DNA from: Gammaproteobacteria bacterium
GTDB lineage: Bacteria > Pseudomonadota > Gammaproteobacteria > Eutrophobiales > Eutrophobiaceae
Assembly: GCA_030829985.1 (NCBI GenBank)
Contig: JAURNW010000024.1
Coordinates: forward strand, 95 to 64,094
Direction of reading: 5' to 3'
Length of the DNA: 64,000 nucleotides
The position numbers and the translations under genes are program-made. The notes beneath the pieces are model-generated. The model did not search any database. It was given only the letters and a program-made list of their open reading frames with translations, and was not told the origin of the DNA. Numbering within the stretch: position 1 is the stretch's first letter; each line of letters opens with the position of its first letter. Positions 53,804-62,069 of this stretch are shown one piece after another.

Positions 53804-54262
53804 TTATAATGACAATGTCTGTAATGATTCAGGAGTGGGGACTGAATCATCACCAACAGATTGCAACCATTCATCACGCTGAGCTTCCCAGGCCTGTTCA
53901 TTCCAGATTTCGAATTTATTACCTTGTCCAAGTATCACGGCCTGCTTATTCAGTTCAGCATAAGAACGCAATTCCTTGGGGAGGAGGATGCGACCCTGGC
54001 TATCGAGCTGACAATCAGAGGCGTAACCACGCATCATTTGCTTGGTTCGTCGGCTTTGTTTATCGAAATCAGAAAGAGTGGCCAATTTATCTTCAATCAA
54101 TTCCCATTCCGGCAGGGGATATAGCCAGAGAGAACGATCTAGCGGGTTTAAGGTAATGACGAGATTATTTTCGGCTTGCACAGCAATAAGATCGCGATAA
54201 CGGCTGGGAACCGCTAAACGACCCTTACTATCAATGCTGATTTTGTTAAAACCTCGAAACAC
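53804..54262 (-). CDS. mraZ: Transcriptional regulator MraZ
   Basis: Two SpoVT/AbrB-like halves (FRGFNKISIDSKGRL and DSQGRILLPKELR). The track start at 54304 is a GTG placed 14 codons upstream. The GTG at 54262 gives the canonical (M)FRG... N-terminus and leaves the operator repeats in the 5' UTR. Confidence 0.85.
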   Translation of the reverse strand: MFRGFNKISIDSKGRLAVPSRYRDLIAVQAENNLVITLNPLDRSLWLYPLPEWELIEDKLATLSDFDKQSRRTKQMMRGYASDCQLDSQGRILLPKELRSYAELNKQAVILGQGNKFEIWNEQAWEAQRDEWLQSVGDDSVPTPESLQTLSL

Positions 54263-54288
54263 AATGTCATCCCCATTTTGCTGGTAAA

Positions 54289-54313
54289 ATCCACTTTTAC
54301 CCACAATTCCCCA
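54289..54313 (-). promoter_or_regulatory. MraZ operator: three direct repeats TGGGG/TGGGT/TGGAT with 10-bp spacing
   Basis: Minus strand reads TGGGG-aattg-TGGGT-aaaag-TGGAT, immediately downstream of the promoter -10. Confidence 0.7.
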
Positions 54314-54321
54314 CTTCTTGA

Positions 54322-54351
54322 ACTATAGGGATTTCGAGTCTTCTCTGTCAA
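54322..54351 (-). promoter_or_regulatory. Sigma-70 promoter of the mraZ/dcw operon (Pmra)
   Basis: TTGACA-N18-TATAGT on the minus strand. Confidence 0.7.
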
Positions 54352-54555
54352 GGTTTCTTTGTCTTTTTTTTATATAAAAACTGGCTGTGTAACAGTAACT
54401 TAGCATCAATAAGTTGAAAAAGAATAGGATAAATTAGATAAGCTAATTATTAACATTATTTATTTCATAATGTTCGGATTAACACTTGATAGTTTACTTT
54501 AAGTGCTAGAAAAGTTAGTGAGTGGGAACTTCTATTTTTAGATAATTGATGTAAA

Positions 54556-54918
54556 TTATTCAAATTCCTCAACATCAGCACCCATTTCTAGTGCTAATTG
54601 ACTGTATTTTCTGCTAGCTAGCTCGTTCATCTCCATGTTTGCCATTCCAGTTTGATATAAAACAGCCAGATTATGGGCCGCCAGCGCATCGCCTAATTCG
54701 ACTGCTTTTTGAAGTAATTCAACCGCTTTTACACCATCCGGTTCCACTCCAGCACCTACTTTATAGGCCAATCCCAACATGCCAAGAGCCTCTGCAATAC
54801 CTGCATCGGCTAACGGTTTCAGCAAAGTTAACGCTGTGCCATAGTCCTTATCAGAAAAGGCCTGGCTGACGATTTCTATGGCTTTTTTTACCTCATCGAC
54901 TTCAGGCGTTGATGACAT
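54556..54918 (-). CDS. Sel1-repeat (TPR-like) protein
   Basis: 120 aa with Sel1-like repeats (AEALGMLGLAYKVGAGVEPD..., ALAAHNLAVLYQTG). Overlaps the upstream gene by 17 nt. Confidence 0.6.
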   Translation of the reverse strand: MSSTPEVDEVKKAIEIVSQAFSDKDYGTALTLLKPLADAGIAEALGMLGLAYKVGAGVEPDGVKAVELLQKAVELGDALAAHNLAVLYQTGMANMEMNELASRKYSQLALEMGADVEEFE

Positions 54919-55342
54919 ACTTCAGCGTCTCCACAACTTGTTCTGGTGTTTGTGCCCAGGCCAATGCAGCGGCATCGACTTCTTTCAAAGGATGGATGAT
55001 CGATTCATCATGCAAAGTGATATAGGGTTTACCCATTGCAGCACAATAACCTGCATCAAAAGCAGCGTTCCATTGTTTATATTTATCACCGAATCGCACA
55101 ATCGCAATATCACATTTTTCAATCAGATTTTGCGTACGGATACTGTTGACCTTGGCTGACTTATGATCACGCCAGAAATTATTCTCGTCTTTACCAAGAT
55201 GATCACCTGCCGCGTCACTCGCATCGTGGTCGGTAACAGCCGAAGTATACGTGATTGGTAACCCGAGTTTATCCGTGCCTTGTTTTATTTGTTCACGCCA
55301 ATCGGTGTGTATTTCACCTGATAGATACACAGTCCAGTTCAT
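54902..55342 (-). CDS. YtoQ-family protein (nucleoside 2-deoxyribosyltransferase-like fold)
   Basis: 146 aa beginning MNWTVYLSGEIHTDWREQI, recalled as the hallmark N-terminus of the YtoQ family. GAGG SD 8 nt upstream. Confidence 0.5.
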   Translation of the reverse strand: MNWTVYLSGEIHTDWREQIKQGTDKLGLPITYTSAVTDHDASDAAGDHLGKDENNFWRDHKSAKVNSIRTQNLIEKCDIAIVRFGDKYKQWNAAFDAGYCAAMGKPYITLHDESIIHPLKEVDAAALAWAQTPEQVVETLKYVINA

Positions 55343-55380
55343 TGTTTAACCTCAAAACTTATTGAAAGGTATATAAAAAA

Positions 55381-55718
55381 GAGTCGGCCGATAAGCCGGG
55401 TTCTGTCTTGGGCAATCATTCATCTGGGATGCACGTCACCGTACACCTCAAGCAACCTACCCGGAAACAGTGCGGGCCACACCATTGTTTCCCTATTTGG
55501 TCTTGCTCCAGGTGGGGTTTACCCTGCCACTGCTATTGCTAACAGCGCGGTGCGCTCTTACCGCACCATTTCACCCTTACCTATCGAAACAGGCGGTATA
55601 TTTTCTGTGGCACTTTCCATCGGCTCACGCCGTCCAGACGTTATCTGGCACCTCGCCCTATGGAGCCCGGACTTTCCTCTATTGGAATAAATCCAACAGC
55701 GACTGCCTGGCCGACTCT
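55381..55718 (-). ncRNA. rnpB: RNase P RNA (bacterial type A), rnpB
   Basis: Minus strand contains GGAAAGTCCGGGCTCCATAGGGC... and ...CAGAACCCGGCTTATCGGCCGACTC (P1 pairing with the 5' GAGTCGGCC), ending in a T-run. A candidate TTGCAT-N16-TAAACT promoter lies just upstream (55726..55753). Confidence 0.9.
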
Positions 55719-55796
55719 GGGTGGTAGTTTATGGTCAGATGAGTTACATGCAAGGAAAAAGAAGACTAATTAAATAAATAAACACACTTAGGCAAA

Positions 55797-56087
55797 CTAA
55801 TGAACAATAACGCGCTCCATTTTCTGATACTCCTGCTTATTCTTATTCTCTAAATTCCAAAGGTTCAAATTAGTTTGCATACTCAACCAAAATCGTGGCG
55901 TACTACCCAACACACGACTTAAACGAATGGCAATATCTTCGGTCACATCACCACGTTCATTAACTACTTTCGATACCGTGTTTCTAGCAATACCACAACG
56001 TCGAGCTAAATCGCTCACCGTAAGACCCGTCTCAGGTAAAATCACATTGCGAATTAACGCACCAGGATGAGTAGGTTTACGTGCCAT
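55797..56087 (-). CDS. higA: HigA-family antitoxin (XRE-type HTH)
   Basis: 96 aa HTH protein (LTVSDLARRCGIARNTVSKVVN). Placed downstream of the toxin gene, the inverted order typical of higBA. Confidence 0.8.
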   Translation of the reverse strand: MARKPTHPGALIRNVILPETGLTVSDLARRCGIARNTVSKVVNERGDVTEDIAIRLSRVLGSTPRFWLSMQTNLNLWNLENKNKQEYQKMERVIVH

Positions 56088-56374
56088 TAGTGATAATCCT
56101 CTAAATTAATATCGACAACATCGTTGCCATCCATAACCCACGTAACGCGCCAGTTACCCGTCACGCGAACACTATATTCGCCCTTACGCTGACCCTTTAA
56201 GCCATGAAAATACAAACCTGTGATATCCATTTCTTCAGCGATTTCAATCGTATCCAATGCATCTAGAATAACGATTAATCGATCCGCTATTTCGGTACGA
56301 ATACCGCGTTTATCCGTATAACGCGGATCTTCGAAGAAACGCTTCAATCCCTTGTGGCGAAACTTTTTGATCAT
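56087..56374 (-). CDS. higB: HigB-family toxin (RelE/ParE superfamily mRNA interferase)
   Basis: MIKKFRHKGLKRFFE...GNWRVTW...DYH matches HigB killer proteins. The track ORF starts 13 codons further upstream at 56413. Confidence 0.8.
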   Translation of the reverse strand: MIKKFRHKGLKRFFEDPRYTDKRGIRTEIADRLIVILDALDTIEIAEEMDITGLYFHGLKGQRKGEYSVRVTGNWRVTWVMDGNDVVDINLEDYH

Positions 56375-56451
56375 ATTCAGAGTGTAATTAAAATGATTAC
56401 AGTTTGCAATCAATCTGGATACATATAGGTTAGGTCATAAATGACTATATT

Positions 56452-57435
56452 TTATTGTTTACGCGATCGGCCTTTTTCGTATTGTGGAGTGTTACGAAGT
56501 TTTTGTTCATTATGTAATTTCTGATAATTTTCCCAGCGCCGCCGTTCAAGTTCACCCGATTCCAGAGCCGCTTTAATACCGCATTTTATTTCAGTTTCAT
56601 GTTGGCAATTATTAAATTTACATTGCGATATAAATTGCATGACATCATCAAACGCATCTTCAATTCCGCTTTCGCAATCACTTAACTGTAATTCTCTAAT
56701 GCCCGGCGTATCAATGAGAATGCCACCATCGTTAAGTAAATGTAATGAACGTGATGTCGTCGTATGTTGACCTTTACCATCTTCTACACTCACCTCTGCG
56801 GTTAATTGTTCAGCATCAGTTAAACTATTAATCAATGTTGATTTACCCACACCGGATGAACCAACGAAAGCGATGGTATGGCCTTCCGTACATAAATTTC
56901 CAAGCGATTCCAAACTCGATTTATCTTTCGAATTCACACATTCAACACGAAGTTCACTTTGTAAGCCTTGCACTTCATGTTTAAACGAATCCGCATTATC
57001 AATCTTATCGGTCTTGGTCAGTACAACAACAGGGATTATGCCTGCTTCAAAAGCCAATGCTAAATAACGCTCAATACGTGAGACATTAAAATCCTGATCA
57101 CAAGACATAACGATAAATAAGGTATCTACATTCGCAGCAATGGTCTGATCATGTGTCCGTTTTCCGGCCGCTTTACGAATAAGCACTGTTTCTCGATCAA
57201 GAATACGAAGTGGGCGTTCACCTTCGTTGGGGATTAACATCCAATCACCAACCGCTAAATTTTTAGGTTCACTGAAGACCCCTATTTCAAAGTCTTCAAC
57301 GCCTTTATTACTCCAAACGATGCAATGACTACGATAAATTTTTGAAATGCGCGCAGGATAGGATTGAGCTTCTTCTTCGGCGTTAAGCTGCTCGTTGAAA
57401 AATGATTTCCAACCTAATTGAGATAGTTTAAAAAT
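56452..57435 (-). CDS. rsgA: Ribosome small-subunit-dependent GTPase A (RsgA/YjeQ), probably with a non-ATG (ATT) start
   Basis: Circularly permuted GTPase (VDTLFIV...LTKTD...GSSGVGKSTL) with a C-terminal Zn cluster. The reading frame is open upstream of the first ATG (57240) and encodes the RsgA OB-fold N-terminus (LGW..FF..Q...PARI...AVGDW). There is no ATG/GTG/TTG between the in-frame TAG (57445-57447) and 57240. AGGAA lies 6 nt before ATT at 57433-57435. Confidence 0.6.
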   Translation of the reverse strand: MFKLSQLGWKSFFNEQLNAEEEAQSYPARISKIYRSHCIVWSNKGVEDFEIGVFSEPKNLAVGDWMLIPNEGERPLRILDRETVLIRKAAGKRTHDQTIAANVDTLFIVMSCDQDFNVSRIERYLALAFEAGIIPVVVLTKTDKIDNADSFKHEVQGLQSELRVECVNSKDKSSLESLGNLCTEGHTIAFVGSSGVGKSTLINSLTDAEQLTAEVSVEDGKGQHTTTSRSLHLLNDGGILIDTPGIRELQLSDCESGIEDAFDDVMQFISQCKFNNCQHETEIKCGIKAALESGELERRRWENYQKLHNEQKLRNTPQYEKGRSRKQ

Positions 57436-57549
57436 GATAATTTCCTAATATATTCCACTTCGTGGAATTAACTATAAACATTTGCTTTCGGCTGTGAATT
57501 CAATTGGTGGCCGCATATTAACATTTCAACTTATTGATAAAAGCAGACA

Positions 57550-58386
57550 TTAATTTTCTTTGCCTGATTCCAGTGCTAATTTATAAACTTCATTTTTTTT
57601 CTTGCCAGTTATTTTTGCTGTTAAGCCTGCCGCCTCTTTGGGGGAAAGATTCTCTGACAGGATTTGGTTGATTCGTAAGACTTCTTCATCAGAGATAGAT
57701 ACTTCCTGTGCACCATCAACAATGACAACAAATTCGCCTTTGATTCTTATTTCTTCACTTTCGAGTTTTTTATTTAATGCAGATAAGGTATCACGAACGA
57801 TTTGTTCAAATTGTTTAGTGAGTTCTCTTGCGATAGTTGCGCGTCTTTCTGCACCGTATATTTCCTGCATGATTTTTAAAGACTCAACGATACGGTGCGG
57901 TGCTTCATAAAAAACCAGCGTTCGAGATTCATTTTTTAATTCTGATAAACGCATTTTTCTCGCTTCGCTTTTTGGTGGTAAGTAACCTTCGAAAATAAAT
58001 TTATTGGTTGGTAAGCCCGATGCGGATAAGGCGGTAATAATTGCCGAAGGCCCCGGTATAGGGACGACCTGTATATTATTGTCATGTGCGGCGGCAACCA
58101 GTTTATATCCAGGATCATTGATCAAGGGTGTCCCTGCATCGGAGATCAGGGCAATAGATTCCCCATTAATTAATTTCTCGATCAACTGCATCGTAAGTTG
58201 CTCTTCATTATGCTCATGATAGGCGCGTGTATTTGTCTTTATGGCAAAACGTTCCAGTAAAGTCTTGCTATGGCGCGTATCTTCTGCAGCAATCAAGTCG
58301 ACCTGTTTCAGGGTTTCAATCGCGCGTTCTGAAATATCGCCCAGATTACCGATAGGTGTTGCGACTATATATAAGAGTCCTGCCAA
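57550..58386 (-). CDS. rsmI: 16S rRNA 2'-O-ribose C1402 methyltransferase RsmI
   Basis: LYIVATPIGNLGDIS...AEDTR motifs; divergent from lpoA. Confidence 0.9.
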   Translation of the reverse strand: MAGLLYIVATPIGNLGDISERAIETLKQVDLIAAEDTRHSKTLLERFAIKTNTRAYHEHNEEQLTMQLIEKLINGESIALISDAGTPLINDPGYKLVAAAHDNNIQVVPIPGPSAIITALSASGLPTNKFIFEGYLPPKSEARKMRLSELKNESRTLVFYEAPHRIVESLKIMQEIYGAERRATIARELTKQFEQIVRDTLSALNKKLESEEIRIKGEFVVIVDGAQEVSISDEEVLRINQILSENLSPKEAAGLTAKITGKKKNEVYKLALESGKEN

Positions 58387-58452
58387 TTCTTGCTCCTGAA
58401 CATTAATTTAAATCGGGTGTCGAAATTATTACGTCAATGTACAATATAACTC

Positions 58453-60285
58453 ATGCGAATTTTAATCATTTTACTTATTTCACTCTCTTTACTGACCGCC
58501 TGTGGCCCCACCAAGGAGTCAAATCAACAAGTACAGGTCGATCCAGAAGAAAATGTGCGTAGTTTGATGCAGTCGGGAGATTTCTCTGCAGCTGCACTTG
58601 AATACATCAATCTCGGCGAAAAAGACAAAAAAAAGACGGCAATCTATCGCTTGAAAGCAACAGCAGCCTATATAGAGGCTGAAGATTATAGTGAAGCTCA
58701 AAAAACTCTAAGCACTACAACCGTTTTGAAATCCGATTCTCTGCAATATATCAGGATGAAAATTCTTGGCGCTCGTCTGCAACTGGAATTTTCTCAACCA
58801 GTCCAGGCATTGGCTTTGCTTGATGAAGTAACCGAAGCAGAAATTCCACAAAACCTGAAAGTCTCCTATCACGATATACGCGCCAAGGCTTATCTTGCGC
58901 ATGGAGACTACCTCAAGGCTGTCTCGGAACGTATACAACTCTCTAATTATCTGGATACACCTGTTCAGAAAGAAAGCAATAATCGTGCGCTTTGGGCAAT
59001 ATTGGAAAGTATGCCCGAATCGGATATTGATGATTTACGCATCAATGCACCGGAAGAATTAAGAAGCTGGTTTGAACTCGCATCACTTTATCGAACATAT
59101 CGCTATCAACCGGTCCGACTTAGTAGTGCTATCGATGGCTGGGTACAGCGTAATCCGGGACATCCCGCGTATTCGTCTATCGCACCGGAATTGATTGCCG
59201 AGAGCAAACAATTTGTCAATCGACCGCAAAAAATTGGATTGTTATTGCCGCTATCAGGAAAATATGAAAAATCATCAACCGCCATTCGTGATGGTTTTAT
59301 AGCCGCCTGGTACATGGATAATCAGGATAATTCAGAAATTGAAATCTATGATGCCAATGCCATGAATATTGTGGATGTTTATCAACAAGCTGTTACCGAG
59401 GGTGTTGATTATGTAGTCGGCCCTTTGGAAAAAGAAGCCATTAACCAACTCGTCAATCTTAGTGACCTTCCTGTTCAAATATTGGCGCTTAATCGTCAGG
59501 ATCTGAATACAGAACAGACGAGTAACAAACTTATACAATTTGGATTGTCACCCGAAGATGAAGCGATGCAGGTTGCGGAAACAGCAATGTCCGATGGTCA
59601 TAGACTGGCGCTGGTTATGTCACCGGATAATCCATGGGGAGAGCGTGTTGCCGAAGCCTTTATGACGCGTTGGGTCGAGCTGGGCGGTGCAGTATTGGAA
59701 CGATCAATATTCGAAAGCAACTCTAAGGACTATGGTCTAACGGTCAAATCACTACTAAATATTGATAGTAGTGAAACTCGTGCCCGAAACTTACGCAACA
59801 AACTCAATATAAAAATCAACAGCGTCGAACGCCGTCGAGAAGATGCTGATTTTATATTCACAGCAGCGGTACCGAATGATGCACGACAACTGTTCCCCCA
59901 AATTCGTTTTTATCGTGCAGCAGATCTACCAGTATACGCAACGTCGCATATTTTTAGCGGTATTATCGACGAGACCAGAGATAACGATTTAAATGGCGTT
60001 ATATTTTTAGATATGCCCTGGATACTGGAGACATCGCATCAACTTTCAATGATTCAGGACGCTCTTAATCGAAACTGGTCACAGGAAAAATCTCAATATC
60101 GCCGCCTCTATGCACTGGGTATTGATGCATATCACCTGATTCCACAAATTGGTCGTCTAAGCGTTGAAAAAAATACTTTCCTGAGTGGTGAAACGGGCGA
60201 TTTGAGTATTACACCAGAAAATATTGTAAAACGTAAATTACGCCGTGCTCAATTTGTAGAAGGAAAACCTGTCTTACTGAATTAA
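58453..60285 (+). CDS. lpoA: Penicillin-binding protein activator LpoA (outer-membrane lipoprotein)
   Basis: Lipobox LLTACG; 610 aa. The rsmI/lpoA/yraN/SIS/dolP arrangement matches E. coli yraLMNOP. Confidence 0.8.
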   Translation: MRILIILLISLSLLTACGPTKESNQQVQVDPEENVRSLMQSGDFSAAALEYINLGEKDKKKTAIYRLKATAAYIEAEDYSEAQKTLSTTTVLKSDSLQYIRMKILGARLQLEFSQPVQALALLDEVTEAEIPQNLKVSYHDIRAKAYLAHGDYLKAVSERIQLSNYLDTPVQKESNNRALWAILESMPESDIDDLRINAPEELRSWFELASLYRTYRYQPVRLSSAIDGWVQRNPGHPAYSSIAPELIAESKQFVNRPQKIGLLLPLSGKYEKSSTAIRDGFIAAWYMDNQDNSEIEIYDANAMNIVDVYQQAVTEGVDYVVGPLEKEAINQLVNLSDLPVQILALNRQDLNTEQTSNKLIQFGLSPEDEAMQVAETAMSDGHRLALVMSPDNPWGERVAEAFMTRWVELGGAVLERSIFESNSKDYGLTVKSLLNIDSSETRARNLRNKLNIKINSVERRREDADFIFTAAVPNDARQLFPQIRFYRAADLPVYATSHIFSGIIDETRDNDLNGVIFLDMPWILETSHQLSMIQDALNRNWSQEKSQYRRLYALGIDAYHLIPQIGRLSVEKNTFLSGETGDLSITPENIVKRKLRRAQFVEGKPVLLN

Positions 60286-60298
60286 ACCATTATCAAGG

Positions 60299-61305
<1,007 letters not shown>

Positions 61306-61307
61306 AA

Positions 61308-61889
61308 ATGAAACAACTGAAATTACTGTATTTATTAATTCTACTTTGTCTGATGCCGTATATATCCGGATGTGCAGTAATCGCCGTCGGTGGTGCAGCA
61401 ACAGCAGCAACCGTGGCCATCGATAGAAGAACACCTGGCACACAGATTGAAGATCAAACAATCGAGGTTAAAGCAGTTCAGGCATTGAATGCTGATCCGG
61501 AATTGGATGAACAGGCACATCTGAACGTAATTAGCTATAACACAGTAGTCCTGTTGAGTGGAGAAACACCGACCGATGCCATGCGCCAAAAAGCACTTGA
61601 GTTAGTTAAATCAATCGACAAAGTCACACATGTTTATAATGAAATCACAATTGCGGCACCGAGCTCAATGGTATCAAGGACCAGTGATTCCTATATCACC
61701 ACCAAGGTTAAAACAAAACTATTTGCTAATCAGGATCAAACCGGACTCGATGTAAAAGTGGTTACTGAAAAAGGCGTAGTTTATCTAATGGGCATTGTCA
61801 GTCATGCTGAAGCAGAGATAGCAACTGACATCGCAAGACAAACAGGCGGCGTCCAAAAAGTCGTCAAATTATTTCAATACAACGATTAA
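61308..61889 (+). CDS. dolP: Division/outer-membrane stress lipoprotein DolP (YraP), two BON domains
   Basis: Lipobox ISGCA. Two BON-like repeats (the second beginning around ITTKVKTKLFAN and ending VVKL). Confidence 0.8.
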   Translation: MKQLKLLYLLILLCLMPYISGCAVIAVGGAATAATVAIDRRTPGTQIEDQTIEVKAVQALNADPELDEQAHLNVISYNTVVLLSGETPTDAMRQKALELVKSIDKVTHVYNEITIAAPSSMVSRTSDSYITTKVKTKLFANQDQTGLDVKVVTEKGVVYLMGIVSHAEAEIATDIARQTGGVQKVVKLFQYND

Positions 61890-62069
61890 CAATTAACACG
61901 ATAATTAAGTTAATTATTTTTGCGTATACTGCTACATCGTTTACGCTAAAACAGTACGCAATAATGCAACTAAAGACAGTCTCATCCTGATTTGTCATAA
62001 TATGGTATCTGCATTCTTGCTTCAAGCGAATAACCGTATACCCCTGCACTAAACGAATACAATAATTAT

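Noticed and set aside
55470-55727. 85-aa ORF on the plus strand
   Set aside because: It lies entirely inside the RNase P RNA gene (opposite strand). Conserved rnpB sequence and structure explain the region, so the ORF is spurious.
55719-56452. Mobile element or integrase adjacent to rnpB/higBA
   Set aside because: No integrase, transposase, direct repeats or att-like duplication are visible. Only the two-gene TA cassette is present.
56452-57240. rsgA as an N-terminally truncated pseudogene
   Set aside because: The upstream sequence is in frame with no stop for 65 codons and encodes the conserved OB domain. A non-ATG start explains it better than decay.
61890-61925. AT-only palindrome TAATTAAGTTAATTA plus T-run after dolP
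   Set aside because: It could act as a weak terminator, but the stem is all A/T and unlikely to be stable. It is not called as a feature.
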